A stretch of DNA of 64,000 bases, taken from an uncultured delta proteobacterium (GTDB lineage Bacteria; Desulfobacterota; Desulfomonilia; Desulfomonilales; Desulfomonilaceae). The notes below the pieces were generated by a model. That model saw nothing but the letters and a program-made list of their open reading frames with translations, did not search any database and was not told the DNA's origin. Positions 41,097 to 52,900 of this stretch are shown in pieces (position 1 is the stretch's first letter; each line of letters begins with the position of its first letter). Both the position numbers and the translations under genes were made by a program. Location: the NCBI GenBank assembly GCA_963789265.1, contig CAWBKB010000001.1, forward strand, positions 1,568,001-1,632,000, in the 5' to 3' direction.

Positions 41097-42772
41097 GAGA
41101 GTGTCTCAAAACGGTTGTAGTGGCACGATGACGACTCTCGGGGTGGTAGGGTGCGGTTAATCTCGCACCTTGGCCTCCCTTGTCTCCGACGAGCCGGGGC
41201 CGGCTATGAGTATGCCTCAGGCAGCCATGAGTCACTCTCCGTCCTGATGTCTTAGGCCGCGGTTAGCACCAGACGCCCCGTCAGCCAATGGCTGTAGAGC
41301 TTCTTGAGATTCAAGGTGGCGCACATCAAAGACCATTGAGCCCTCGCATTGGATAATCCGGACACGGTCCACCGTCTAAAGTCCAAGTGGCTCTTTATCC
41401 ATGCAAAGACCGGCTCAATGATCACCTTGCGGGCTCGGAGTAGCGTCTTGCTTTCCGGGACCTCCCGTTTCTTGCGGTGGCGCTCAACTGCGTCACGATA
41501 GATGTTAATGTCTATGAGACGGCCATTCTTGCTCTTGCTGCACTTCCACCGTTCAGGACACGTCAAGTAGTCCCGGCATCGATACCGCCGGATCTCGTTT
41601 CCGTTTTTTCCTGTGACTTTCTTCTGAAGAAAGTTCAGCGATGCGCCTTGCGGACAAATACAGACGTCTCGCTCTTGGTCGTAGACGAACTGGGAAGCGT
41701 GATAAGGGTCCCATTGAGCGCCTTTTTCCGCAGCGGACTCTCCCGACGACTTGGCGACCAAGACCTCGTACTCCTTCTCTTCGGCCAACGCGATTTGAGC
41801 CGATGCGAAGTATCCTGCGTCCGCCACGGTTTCCTCTGCGGTTGCGCCCAAATTTTCCTGAACTCGATCCAGCATGGGAACAAGCTGCCCATTGTCATTG
41901 CCTTCGTCGACCACTTCCTCAGCCACAATCATGCCGCTTTGTTGGTCTGCCACCGCTTGAGCATTGTAAGAGGGCTCAGTAGACCGCCGGTTCTTCATGT
42001 ACCGGGCATCCGGCTCGCAGGGATGGACGACCTTCTTGTCAGTCTTATCCAATTCCTGCAAGGCCTTCTGTATCCGCTCCTTGCGTTTCAACTCGTCCTG
42101 CAGGGCTTCGGGAAGACGCCATTCGCCACCCTCCTCTTGCTCGCACCTCTCTGTCTCCGTCATGACGTCGGCAACGCACTTGTCCAAATTCTCAAGCATC
42201 CGCTCCAACTGATCTTGGTTCTTGAACTTCTCCCGAGATGATCCGACAGGGATCTTGGTTCCATCCAATGCATGAACCGCCATACCTATCAACTCGGCTT
42301 TGACTGCCACTTGAACCGATTGTTTGAATATTCCCTTGAAAACCTTCTTGTTGTCCCTCCAGAATCGCCACAGGGTATTATGATCCGCTGCATTCATACC
42401 CGTCAGCCAAATCAATCCCATGTTCTCCATGCATGCCTTCTCAAGCTTGCGCGATGACCTGATTCTGCTGAAATAGCCGTAGAGCCATGCCTTCAACAAA
42501 AGATCGGTACTATAGGGAGGACGGCCCGTTTCGCCATTCGGAACTCGAAAACCCAGCACCTCCAAATCCAAGGAATCCACAAAGTCTCCTATGAAGCGCG
42601 CTGGATGATCAGGCCCTATCCAGTCATCTATAGCGGGCGGAAGCAGAAACACCTGCTTGTAGTCGGCTCTGATTTGCGGCATAATCCTTTCCCTCTCCGA
42701 TTCTCTTTTCACATCTCATTAGTAGAATCGGTTGAGAATCGCGAGCCCAAAATCGACTTTTGAGACAGTGTC
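41097..42772 (-). mobile_element. IS1182-family insertion sequence, copy 2 (1676 bp, inverted)
   Basis: Same length and same translated transposase as copy 1. Confidence 0.92.
41252..42682 (-). CDS. IS1182-family transposase
   Basis: Protein identical to 14987-16417. Confidence 0.93.
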   Translation of the reverse strand: MPQIRADYKQVFLLPPAIDDWIGPDHPARFIGDFVDSLDLEVLGFRVPNGETGRPPYSTDLLLKAWLYGYFSRIRSSRKLEKACMENMGLIWLTGMNAADHNTLWRFWRDNKKVFKGIFKQSVQVAVKAELIGMAVHALDGTKIPVGSSREKFKNQDQLERMLENLDKCVADVMTETERCEQEEGGEWRLPEALQDELKRKERIQKALQELDKTDKKVVHPCEPDARYMKNRRSTEPSYNAQAVADQQSGMIVAEEVVDEGNDNGQLVPMLDRVQENLGATAEETVADAGYFASAQIALAEEKEYEVLVAKSSGESAAEKGAQWDPYHASQFVYDQERDVCICPQGASLNFLQKKVTGKNGNEIRRYRCRDYLTCPERWKCSKSKNGRLIDINIYRDAVERHRKKREVPESKTLLRARKVIIEPVFAWIKSHLDFRRWTVSGLSNARAQWSLMCATLNLKKLYSHWLTGRLVLTAA

Positions 42773-43022
42773 TTCAGCGCCAGGCTGCCATCGTGCCACG
42801 ATTCCGAGCATCAAAATAGTTTTGAGATACTTTCTTCCAGCCTGCCTTTTTCTTCCCTTGGCTGACGACAGGCCGAAAAGCTTGCTCCGCAGGCTTAATG
42901 ACACTTTCCCGCTGAAAATTGAGTGCTTGCCGGGATCAATAAAATAACGTTTCTTTTTCGACAAAATCGGAGTTATAATAGTATCGCGTAATTCATGTTC
43001 AATTTGGTATGGGGCTAGGATA

Positions 43023-43922
43023 TTGAGTCGTCGCGCGCTCAGGGCTATAGCCGTGTTGTTCATCTTGGCGGGCGTGGCCTCGTCTGCGGGGGCCGGCCCC
43101 CTACCTTGGAACATCCGGGTGGACTCATCGTTCAGAGCCGAGTTCCTTTTCGGACATCAGGAGGTCCGCCAGCTCGACGCAAGAGTTCCAGACACTCAGC
43201 CACTTCTTGCGGGTCAGGTGCTGGATCGGTTTTCAGTCAATTTCGATCCTCGTCTCCCCGTTCTCGCAGGGACAGTTGAGATAACACCATTTCCAGTCGT
43301 GTCCGGCCGCCTCGCCGGATCAATTAGCGTCTTTGAGAAAAGTGGCGTGGCGAATCGCCGTGTAGACCCACTTTTGGTAAGGACAGACTGGGATGTGAAG
43401 CCCGAGTATAGCTCATGGGAGGCCGCCGGGCTTTATCACCTATGGCATGGGGGTGGTTATCGTTTTAGCGTTACGGCAGGCTATCGACGGGAGATATGGG
43501 ACTACCGGGGAACGCCGGCCAACGGTGGGCCCGACTCGCCTTTGCACGACTCTTTTACTGCGAGCATTCCTTTCATCGGTATGCAAACAGCAATGTTCTT
43601 TCCGTGGTGGAAGGCGCGCTTTGAGGTGTTGGGTTCCCCGTTTATGAACATGAACGTTTCTGATTCGATTCAGAAAAGCGGCTTTGCTCTTCAATTTGAC
43701 GGTAACCTTTACAGGGGCGGCCTAGTTGAGGTTCAGATGGAAGGGAACGCGAATCTCACTGCGAATGTCCTCGTGGGGCTCTACAGCCGGTATGCATATC
43801 AGGAATTGTACGGTTCGTTGTCAGGAACGGGGACCACGACCAACGTCGGATTGGCTCCCTACACTGTGTTTGTGAACCAAAGCATGGCTACAGTCGGATT
43901 AAACGTGACGGTCTTCTTCTGA
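43023..43922 (+). CDS. Outer-membrane beta-barrel protein, omptin-like architecture
   Basis: Signal peptide (SSAGA); YRFSVTAGYRRE..SIPFIGMQ; C-terminal VGLNVTVFF. Confidence 0.6.
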   Translation: MSRRALRAIAVLFILAGVASSAGAGPLPWNIRVDSSFRAEFLFGHQEVRQLDARVPDTQPLLAGQVLDRFSVNFDPRLPVLAGTVEITPFPVVSGRLAGSISVFEKSGVANRRVDPLLVRTDWDVKPEYSSWEAAGLYHLWHGGGYRFSVTAGYRREIWDYRGTPANGGPDSPLHDSFTASIPFIGMQTAMFFPWWKARFEVLGSPFMNMNVSDSIQKSGFALQFDGNLYRGGLVEVQMEGNANLTANVLVGLYSRYAYQELYGSLSGTGTTTNVGLAPYTVFVNQSMATVGLNVTVFF

Positions 43923-43999
43923 GGAGGCGAACCGGGTTCCGAAAATGGAGTAATTGGCTTTCCTGAAGATGACATTAAATTAGTCTCTCGCCACTATTC

Positions 44000-45367
44000 T
44001 TATCGTACGCACCGATCCCACAGCGAGTCCATTTCCGACTTCCAAACGCGGATTGTTTCCAGAGCACGACCTGACAGTACCTCTTTCCTGAGCTTCTTGG
44101 GTGTCCCCGCGGGCGCAGGTTCCATAATGCCGAAGTTGACGTTCATCGGTTGGTAAGTTTTGACCGGCTGATCGTATGTGTGCTTCAAGAGGGCTCCCAT
44201 GGCCGTAACGGCCGGCGGTGGCCAGGGCGTAATCCCCGCTGCCGTCAGTCCGGCCATGAGCCCCACCGCGAGGCCGGAGGCTGTGGACTCTATGTACCCT
44301 TCTACTCCCGTTATTTGGCCGGCAAAAAAGACATGAGGATGTGTCTTTGACCGCGAAAATCGGTCCAGAAGCCGTGGTGTGTCCAGATAGGTGTTGCGGT
44401 GGATCGAGCCCAAGCGTTCAAAAACAGCATTTTCAAGACCCGGGATCATGCGGAAAACTCGCTCTTGCTCGGGATGAGTCATTTTCGTCTGAAAGCCCAC
44501 AAGGTTGTAAAGAGTCTTTTCACGGTTCTCGGCCCGGAGTTGGACCACTGCAAAGGGCCGCGTTCCCGTGGATGGGTCCGTAAGGCCCACCGGCTTCATC
44601 GGGCCAAACGCCAGAGTGTCCGGTCCGCGGCGAGCCAATTCTTCCACAGGGAGGCAACCCTCAAAATGAGGGATTGTCTCGAACGGAAACGGGTCAACCT
44701 TCTTTGCTGCCAGGATTTCGTTGACAAACGACCGATAGGTCTCCTCACTCATGGGGGCATTCAAATAGTCGCCGTCTCCATCGCCATATCGGGATGCACG
44801 GAAGAGCCGGCTCATGTCCAGAGAATCGGCAGTTACTATCGGAGCTATTGCATCATAGAAAGACAGTCCGTCCGACCCCAGGATGCCGGCTATGTCCGAT
44901 GCCAAAGCATCGGATGTCAAAGGCCCTGTCGCTACTATGACAATTCCTTCCTCCGGCGGTGGAATTCGAGTAATCTCCACGCGCTGGAGTCTGATCAGAG
45001 GATTTGCCTCGATTTTCTCTGTAATGAATCGGGAAAAGAGATCTCGTTGTACCGCGAGAGCTTTCCCGGCCGGGACTGCCGTGGCATCAGCAGCTCGCAT
45101 AATAAGGGAATCCAGCACACGCAACTCTTCTTTGAGCAACCCCGCGGCTGAGTGAAATGACGCGGACCTTAACGAATTGGAACAGACCAATTCCCCTAGA
45201 TCAGGAGAGTTGTGAGCTGGGGAGTAACGTGTGGGCTTCATTTCAACCAGCCGCACAGCCACTCCTCTTTCGCCGAGTTGCCATGCAGCCTCGGATCCGG
45301 CCAGACCTCCCCCCAGGATTGTGATCCTTGTTTTTAGGTCATGTGCCCTAGAGTCGCAGCGATTCAC
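44000..45367 (-). CDS. trmFO: Folate/FAD-dependent tRNA m5U54 methyltransferase
   Basis: [66 protein letters not shown]. Confidence 0.96.
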   Translation of the reverse strand: MNRCDSRAHDLKTRITILGGGLAGSEAAWQLGERGVAVRLVEMKPTRYSPAHNSPDLGELVCSNSLRSASFHSAAGLLKEELRVLDSLIMRAADATAVPAGKALAVQRDLFSRFITEKIEANPLIRLQRVEITRIPPPEEGIVIVATGPLTSDALASDIAGILGSDGLSFYDAIAPIVTADSLDMSRLFRASRYGDGDGDYLNAPMSEETYRSFVNEILAAKKVDPFPFETIPHFEGCLPVEELARRGPDTLAFGPMKPVGLTDPSTGTRPFAVVQLRAENREKTLYNLVGFQTKMTHPEQERVFRMIPGLENAVFERLGSIHRNTYLDTPRLLDRFSRSKTHPHVFFAGQITGVEGYIESTASGLAVGLMAGLTAAGITPWPPPAVTAMGALLKHTYDQPVKTYQPMNVNFGIMEPAPAGTPKKLRKEVLSGRALETIRVWKSEMDSLWDRCVR

Positions 45368-45961
45368 TTATTCTACCTGTTTAGACGCCAATCGGTACCA
45401 CGAGTCTCTCAGCGCGAGGAATCTCTGTCTTCTCCTTGAGAAGAATGGGTTGGAAATGCCCCGCCTGAGAATTTTCGGCCTTCTTTCCGGTATTGCAGAC
45501 GCCAACATGGAACTCGCGGGCCCGATAACAGACACTCTCACAGGCGAAGTTCCCTGGGCCACCATGCCGATTTTCTGCGCTGCCGCAAGTGAAAGATCAA
45601 TCACCCTGTCCTTCACAAAAGGTCCTCGATCATTGATCCTCACAACCACGTTCTTATTATTCTTCAGGTTGGTGACCCTCACAAGTGTGTTCAAGGGCAA
45701 GACACTGTGGGCAGCCGTAAGGCCATGCATATTATATACTTCTCCTGACGATGTTTTTTTGCCGTCAAATCCGGGCCCGTACCATGAAGCCACACCATCC
45801 TGAAAAAAACCCGGACAAGCCTTCTGCAAAGGGTGGTAGGTGCGACCTCTTACCGCATAGGAATTTGGACAGCCCCCTTTTACCGCGACAATTCTGGAAG
45901 CGCAACCGGCCGCTATGACAGACATAAATAAAGCCATAATAGTGAGTTGGAATAATTTCAT
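45368..45961 (-). CDS. rlpA: Septal ring lytic transglycosylase RlpA-family lipoprotein
   Basis: Lipobox AAGC; GVASWYG, LTAAH, VRINDRGPF, RVIDLS. Confidence 0.9.
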   Translation of the reverse strand: MKLFQLTIMALFMSVIAAGCASRIVAVKGGCPNSYAVRGRTYHPLQKACPGFFQDGVASWYGPGFDGKKTSSGEVYNMHGLTAAHSVLPLNTLVRVTNLKNNKNVVVRINDRGPFVKDRVIDLSLAAAQKIGMVAQGTSPVRVSVIGPASSMLASAIPERRPKILRRGISNPFFSRRRQRFLALRDSWYRLASKQVE

Positions 45962-46437
45962 TACACTGAGGCTTGTGTACTAACATAAGCGCTAAATATT
46001 AATGAGATAAATATCACACAATTCCATCGGCTGTCAAGATCTCGGCGTTTGGATCTGTTCCTACTAAAGGTCGAGGGCGCATCGCCTGCGTTCCGGCTGA
46101 TGAGCCGCCATACTGGACCCGCGTCACAGACTCCTTGACCTTGAGTTGAGAAGCATAGTAATCTCAACGCCGTGAGATCGCCGCGAATCCGCGGCCCAGG
46201 ACCGTTTCCCTGCAGCAAAGAATTTGTGAAAGATATATAGGTGTGATCGACTAAGGGACGATTTCAACTCCGCGTCACGGAGCTTGCAATCATGGCCGAA
46301 GTAGGCAGTCGGAGCGCGCCTCGCGCTGGTGTCGGCGATCTGGCGTAGAAGAGAGTTCCGATGGGGTAGGCTGAACAGATTGTGGCAGTGCGGTCAAACT
46401 CCATGTGGCCACCTTCGAAGCTTTGGAGCTGGATCAA

Positions 46438-48138
46438 ATGTTTTCGAGATCTCTAAGAATGGTCTTGATTGCAGTGGGCCTCCTGATCCTAATTAGCTGC
46501 GATCCTGAGACCGTGATAAAGAGCAAGGTCCCTGAGTCCCTGCAAGAGTTGCTCACTTTTGGCCCTTCTCGGGTAAGCCTGAAGGCCAAGCAACCTGAGC
46601 TATCCACTGTGGAGATCGCGGCTCCAAGGAACGGCGGCGCTTACCCGGTGGGGAGTGATATGCTTTTCCTGGGAAAGGCGAAGTTAGTCGGTGATGCCAA
46701 GCAGCACGGGCCGGATCTGGTTTGGAAGCTGTTTCCTGAAAAGGCCCATGCCGGTGTGTCGTTGGGAAAAGGGATTTCAATCAGAAAACGGCTTGATCCT
46801 GGGAATTATCGCGTTCAGGTGACAATGACCGCGGGAGGTCGAACGGTAGCCAAGACTGTGAAGTTTCGCGTGGTACGCAGCATGTCTGGTAAAGTGATAG
46901 CGGTTGATGGCGCCGGTTTGCCCGGAACCGACCTCAATTTGACGAACCTCGAAGGAGACGAAGTTATTTTCAGTACTAAATCGGGAAGGGGCGGAGTTTT
47001 CTCAATTGAATTTCCCTCGGAGGAACCGTTTAGACTGATGCCGCGCAAAAAAGGCTTCAGCTTTTCCCCAGTCAGCCAGATAGTCAAGTTTGGCAAGAAA
47101 GGGGCGCTGCCGCCGTTCAAGGCGATCAAAGGTGAAATTTCCGATATCCGGCTGATCGAATCGGAAAAAGGGGATGAGAATGTCCGGAATATTTGTCCTC
47201 AGCAGGAATCGTGGCTAAAATTGCGCATAAAGTTCAAGCATAAGCCTGCTCGAGTGGAGCCTTTTCTGGTGCAGCAGGAAGATGACAAAGAGCGATTGAT
47301 CCCGCTGGAAGACTTGACGGATTTGACTGATGCGACAAAGGAGTACGACCCTAACGCACCCGTAGTGATGAAGGTTCGGGTGCCGGCAGGGTCGACACTT
47401 GGGATCTCAAAAGGTTCGTATCGCCTCAGAGTCAAAGTTTACGACGACGCCGGGAATCATTTTTCAGCCGAAGCGTCGGCTCCAGTACGAATGAACGTGG
47501 CGAAATGTTTCGCCACGAAATTTGCTGAAGGTCTGTCGTTGCAGGAGCAAGGAAAACTCGATGAGGCTATAAAGGCTTACTCGGTCATGGACGACTTCAA
47601 AAAGACTGTCGAAGATTCGCGGCAGTTTTCCGGAGACATGCAAAAGGCCTATTTCAACAGAGGCATTGCTCATCTGGGGATCGCCATTTCAAAGAAAGCC
47701 GCAGAAGGGCCTATCCTTGGCGAGCTTAACAGGGCTCTCATAGATTTCAATGCCGTGCTGAAGATACATAGTCGGGACACTGAAGCCCTCTTGCTCAGAG
47801 GAGCAGTCAATTACATGGCGAGGAGTTATAAAGCAGCACTGAAGGATCTCGATACCGATCTGAACATCAATCCGCAGATGGTCGTCGCACGTGAACTCAG
47901 GGCTCAGGGCCTTGTGAAGAGCGGCATCAAACGTAACCTCACACCGGCAATTGACGATTTCACCGATCTTGTCGATCTAGACACCCGGAATGACGGTCTA
48001 AGGAAGAGTCGGAGCGAAGCGTTGAAGCTCCTGGTCCGCTCTGAGAGCAAGAGTGACGATTCGAAGGTCGATATCTCGTCTATTCCTCTCAGAAAGATCG
48101 ACAAGATACTGAATTTGGCCAAGTACATCCGGAAATAG
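46438..48138 (+). CDS. Lipoprotein with Ig-like N-terminal region and C-terminal TPR repeats
   Basis: Lipobox LISC; AYFNRGIAH, ALIDFNAVL, ALLLRGAVN, AIDDFT. Confidence 0.7.
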   Translation: MFSRSLRMVLIAVGLLILISCDPETVIKSKVPESLQELLTFGPSRVSLKAKQPELSTVEIAAPRNGGAYPVGSDMLFLGKAKLVGDAKQHGPDLVWKLFPEKAHAGVSLGKGISIRKRLDPGNYRVQVTMTAGGRTVAKTVKFRVVRSMSGKVIAVDGAGLPGTDLNLTNLEGDEVIFSTKSGRGGVFSIEFPSEEPFRLMPRKKGFSFSPVSQIVKFGKKGALPPFKAIKGEISDIRLIESEKGDENVRNICPQQESWLKLRIKFKHKPARVEPFLVQQEDDKERLIPLEDLTDLTDATKEYDPNAPVVMKVRVPAGSTLGISKGSYRLRVKVYDDAGNHFSAEASAPVRMNVAKCFATKFAEGLSLQEQGKLDEAIKAYSVMDDFKKTVEDSRQFSGDMQKAYFNRGIAHLGIAISKKAAEGPILGELNRALIDFNAVLKIHSRDTEALLLRGAVNYMARSYKAALKDLDTDLNINPQMVVARELRAQGLVKSGIKRNLTPAIDDFTDLVDLDTRNDGLRKSRSEALKLLVRSESKSDDSKVDISSIPLRKIDKILNLAKYIRK

Positions 48139-48227
48139 ATCATGTAGAGTATGTCGCAGGCCAGGGTCCCACCAGGCGTCCACCTGTGGCAGTGCTTTGG
48201 ATGCAGACCGGTACGAGCTGAAAGCCG

Positions 48228-48842
48228 ATGCTTGAATGTCCCCTGTTGACCCGTTTCCATCCCACCGCGATCATTTGGCTCTTGGTCCCGGTCCTTCTTA
48301 CAGGTTGCTTCGCTGCACGGGGCATAGTAAAGGTTGGGTCGCAACCATATCCTCTAATTTACCAGGACGATTCCACTGAGAAATTCTCGGATTCCGAAGA
48401 TGCTGCATTTGTTGAGGTCCGCCGAAAGAAAGTTTCTCGCCCGCTGGAAAATTTGGCAATCCATTATGCGGCACTATTTCCCGGGGGGGAGGTTGTCAGG
48501 CCCGGAGACACAGAAGAGTACGTCAAGATAGACGGCAGGAACGCGTACAAAGTCATATTCAGACCGAATTATATCAGGAGAAGGAAGCGAATTGACCCCA
48601 AGAAGAAACTCGATCCCGGTAAGATCCCGCTGGGATGGAAAGTCGCGAATATTGAAGACCCCACGACCGGCAAGCTAACCCCGGTGCTTTACGGGCCGGT
48701 CATTCCGAGACAGAAGATTCTATATCTTGTTGAAGGCGGCCCTTTCATATACTATATTTTCTTCAGGGCCGACGGAGACGCTATAGAACCGGCTCGAAAA
48801 AAATTTGAGGAGTTCGTTCGCAAGGGCATTAAGTACGAGTAA
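48228..48842 (+). CDS. Hypothetical lipoprotein
   Basis: Lipobox LTGC; 204 aa ORF in same-strand cluster. Confidence 0.65.
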   Translation: MLECPLLTRFHPTAIIWLLVPVLLTGCFAARGIVKVGSQPYPLIYQDDSTEKFSDSEDAAFVEVRRKKVSRPLENLAIHYAALFPGGEVVRPGDTEEYVKIDGRNAYKVIFRPNYIRRRKRIDPKKKLDPGKIPLGWKVANIEDPTTGKLTPVLYGPVIPRQKILYLVEGGPFIYYIFFRADGDAIEPARKKFEEFVRKGIKYE

Positions 48843-48965
48843 TACCATTTCACGTTCATACAACTAATATGGCGGGCACGGAGGCCCGCCGCTACCAAAT
48901 TGGTAGAGCCGGCGTCCCTGCCGGCCAAGATAAGTTGATTAGTTTCTTGAAAGCGGAATGGTCTA
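48841..48965. mobile_element. MITE-like element with degenerate IRs and REP doublet cargo
   Basis: AATACCATTTCACGTTCA..AACTAAT / ATTAGTT..TGAAAGCGGAATGGTCTA enclosing CTAC/GTAG hairpin pair. Confidence 0.55.
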
Positions 48966-49026
48966 AGAAGCCGTTGGAAGCAGCCACTACTCGGTCTGCC
49001 TGATTTGCGGACAAGGGGAAAACACA

Positions 49027-49899
49027 GTGAGATACATAGGATCTGTTTACCGGCCTCCAAGCGAGGCCCATAGTCTGATAATTCAGGCAACGCTGGGTTG
49101 CAATCACAACAAGTGCACTTTTTGCGGAAGCTACCGTGATAAACGTTTCACGATCAGGTCGATCAAGGATATTCGAGAGGACCTAAAGGAAGCCCGCGAT
49201 ATGGGGCCGATTCCACGTGTCTTTCTCGCTGACGGCGATGCCCTGTGTATGCCACAGAAGCGCCTGGTGGAGGTCCTTCAGGCAGTCGAGGAATTTATTC
49301 CCTCTGTGGAAAGGGTCGGCATTTATGCTAACGCCAGGAACATCCTGCGCAAGTCACTCGAAGACCTCCAAGCGCTCGCATCATTGAAGCTGGGCATAAT
49401 CTACATGGGGGTCGAGACCGGAGATAGTGTCCTGCTCGAAAATATTTGCAAAGGATCCACTTACGAACAGTTGGTAGAGGCAGGCAAGAAAGTGAAACAA
49501 GCCGGAATAACTCTTTCTGTAACGGTGCTCTTGGGGATCGGGGGGATTGAAGGCAGCGAGCGGCATGCCCGCGCGACTGCGAGAGTGTTGACTGACATGG
49601 ATCCGGACTATGTGGGGGCACTGAGCGTCATTCTCGTACCGGGAACACCGCTTCACAAGGAATTTGTCGAAGGCCGATTCCGGCTTCCCGATCCCTTCGG
49701 CCTTATCAACGAATTGAGAATTATGATAGCTGAATCGTCCTTTAGCCATTGCGTGTTCCGATCCAACCACGCTTCAAACTATTTGCCGGTGAAGGCTACA
49801 CTTCCGGAGGATAAGAAAAGGATCCTGGAGGCTATCGACACCGTGCTTGAATCGCGTGACGAGAGGAGACTCAGGCCGGAATTCCTTCGCGCCCTGTAA
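49027..49899 (+). CDS. Radical SAM protein
   Basis: YRPPSEA, GCNHNKCTFC, FLADGDAL, FRSNHASNY. Confidence 0.9.
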   Translation: MRYIGSVYRPPSEAHSLIIQATLGCNHNKCTFCGSYRDKRFTIRSIKDIREDLKEARDMGPIPRVFLADGDALCMPQKRLVEVLQAVEEFIPSVERVGIYANARNILRKSLEDLQALASLKLGIIYMGVETGDSVLLENICKGSTYEQLVEAGKKVKQAGITLSVTVLLGIGGIEGSERHARATARVLTDMDPDYVGALSVILVPGTPLHKEFVEGRFRLPDPFGLINELRIMIAESSFSHCVFRSNHASNYLPVKATLPEDKKRILEAIDTVLESRDERRLRPEFLRAL

Positions 49900-49970
49900 T
49901 AGCCGGCTCTGGATTCACCTAAACTTGGCGGGGGGCTTGCAAATTGCTATGGGGAGGAGTTGTCGTGTCT

Positions 49971-52900
49971 GTGCATAGGTACCTTGGCATAGATTGCGGG
50001 TCGGTTAGTCTGAATTTGGCTCTGCTTACCGATGGAACTAATGAACCCATCTCAGTGTATCTGCGAACCCGAGGGCGCCCTCTGCAAACGTTGGTAGAGG
50101 CCGCAGACGAGCTGATCACGATCTGTGGCACAGACGTGTCCATTACCTCAGCCCTGGTAACCGGGAGCGCTCGGGAACTACTAGCCAAGGCATTGAATAT
50201 CCCGGCGGTAAATGAGATCAGCGCCCACGCTGCAGGAATCCAGCACGTGAATCCCAGCGTGAAGACTGTCATTGAAATCGGAGGCCAGGATTCAAAATTC
50301 ATCAGGATACAACCCCTCCTGAATAGTGGCAAATCCCGCATTCACAGCTTCCGGATGAATGAGATCTGTGCTGCGGGAACCGGAGCGTTCCTGGACGAGC
50401 AGGCAGAAAGACTTGGGATCGGAATAGAATCATTCGGTTCGTTGGCGCTTCAGAGCGACAAGCCCGCTCCGATTGCCGGGCGCTGTGCGGTATTCGCTAA
50501 GACCGACATGATTCACCGGGCCCAAGAGGGAACGCCCCTTCCGGACATTTTGCTTGGACTTGCCTTTGCTCTTGTTCGTAATTATATCGCCACCTTGATA
50601 AGGGGAGACTCGCTGGTTCCTGTGGTTGCGCTCCAAGGTGGCGTGATGAGCAATCAGGCTGTTGTTCACGCGTTCCGGAAATTGCTCGATCTGGAAGAAG
50701 AACAGGTTCTGATTCCACCCCATTATAAGGTCATCGGCGCCTTAGGGTGCGCTGTGCTCACCGCCGGTTCCAAGTCCTTGCACGGACTCTCCCTCGGAAC
50801 TATCAAAGCCGCGGCTGACAAAGCTTCGCGAAATCCCTTTTCGCATTCGTTCTTCAATCCACTCAATCCGGCATTGAATTCGAAACCGCCGACCATAGAG
50901 ATCGCCGGCAACGGGGCCTTGTCGACAAGTCGCCTTGTCATGGGACTCGATGTTGGTTCGGTTTCCGTGAAAGGGGTGATCCTGGATGGTAAAGGCCGCG
51001 TTGTCAGAGAAGATTACCGCCTTTCCAGATCTCTTCCCCTGGAAGCGTTAGCACAGGTGGTAGGCTCCTTGACCGATGATGATATCAGCATCGCAGCGAT
51101 TGCGGTAACCGGTAGCGGCCGCCATCTTGCAGGCGGGCTCTTAGGTGCCGACCTGATCGTCAATGAAATTACCGCGCAGGCGTGCGCCGCACTCAGTTAC
51201 GACTCCGGTGCCGACACTGTCGTCGAAATTGGGGGACAGGATTCCAAGTGGATTTCTCTTGAAGACGGGCAAGTCGGGGACTTCGAGATGAATCGAGTTT
51301 GTGCCGCAGGCACTGGCAGTTTCTTGATGGCGCAAGCTCAACGTCTGGAGCTCCCCATGGGCGATACCTTTTCAGAGGCTGCTTTCGCATCATACAGACC
51401 CGCGGACCTGGGAAATCGGTGCACGGTCTTCATGGAATCGGACCTGATTCACCACCAGAATAACGGGGCGTCGTCCGAGGATTTGGCCGCGGGTGTCTGT
51501 ATCAGCATAGTTCACAACTATCTCGAACGAGTTGCGAATCACAAGCCTCTTGGAGAAAAAGTCCTCTTCATGGGCGGGGTAGCGGCTACTCCGGCAGTGA
51601 AAGCAGCGTTTGAGCAGCAAACTGGGCGCCGGTTCGAGACCCCGCCGTTCTTTCGAGTGTCCGGTGCCGTCGGGGCCGCATTGAAGGCATTGGAAGGACT
51701 TGAGGCCGAAACTATTGTTCCCGGACAACGTAAACCGATCCATTGGGATCCCGAACAAATCCGAAAGGAGCAATTTACCTGCAAAGGTTGCTCGAACCAG
51801 TGCAGTGTCAACAAATATAAATCCGGGGAAAGACAAGTCTTCCACGGAGGCTTATGTGACCGATGGGAGATGGATGACGGACCGCGGGGGCGCGGTGATG
51901 AGCCCGATCTCTTCTCATTCAGGGCCCGCCTTCTCAAGGAATTGTCCAGCACAAGTCTCAATGCGGACATATCCTGGGCGATGGTTCAGTCACCGCAATT
52001 CTACGAGTGGTTTCCGTTTTGGAAGGTCTTCTGCGAGGACTTGGGTATTTCGCTGCTGGTCTCCTCTCCGCCAACCCGGAAACAATTCGAGAGCGGCTCG
52101 CGGTTCCTGCGTGTTGAGACATGCCTCCCCATGAAGGCCATGGCAGGGCAGATCGAAGACCTGGTAAACCGAGGAGCAAAGATGCTGTTTCACCCGGCGA
52201 TTCTGAGCGAATCGCCTTCGGTCCGGGGAAACAAACCGTTGGACCATTGCCCGTTTATTCAGGCTTCCTCTCAGTTCTTTCGGGAAACCTTTGACGTCGA
52301 ATGGAAAGAGCCGGTGGTGAATTGCGAGATTGATGCGGATGCTCTCCGTAGGGAGTGTGTTTCGTTTGCTCGCGGTCTCGGGTTTTCACACTATAAAGCA
52401 ATGTCCGCGTTCGGAAAGGGGCAACAGCATCTCGAGCAATTTCAAGCTCGCCTTCGAAGAGAAGGGGAAGAATTCGTGAGCTCACTGGGCCCAACCGAGC
52501 CGGCAATTGTCGTGCTCGGCAAGCCATATCACACTTCCGATCCTTTTCTTAACATGAACCTGGGCAGCCTCCTTCATAGACTGGGGATTCGTGGTCTCCC
52601 CGGCGACCTGTATCCGCTGAGAAGTTCGGCTGCCGAGAAGCCGGTTTCTTGGAAATATCAAGGAAATATGATCCAGGTCGCCCGCGAAATAGCAGAAGAT
52701 CCAAGGCTCTTCCCGGTCCTTATCACTTTCTTCGGTTGTGGTCCCGATCCGTTTACTCTGCGCCATATTAAGGAAAGTATCGCAGACAAGCCCATGCTCA
52801 TCTTGGAAATGGACGAGCACTGCTCAAGGGCGGGGATTATTACCAGATTGGAAGCATTTCTTGACCGTATCACCCTGAGCAGGAACGGATGCAAGACGGG

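Larger units (their letters stand above)
41030..42834. mobile_element. MITE/cassette with IS1182-type ends containing nested IS1182 copy 2
   Basis: Ends GAGTCTGTCTCAAAA / TTTTGAGATACTTTC; TTCC duplicated at 41026-41029 and 42835-42838. Confidence 0.85.

Noticed and set aside
45962..46437. Long divergent intergenic region as ncRNA or riboswitch
   Set aside because: No known RNA motif recognisable by eye; would need an Rfam/Infernal search
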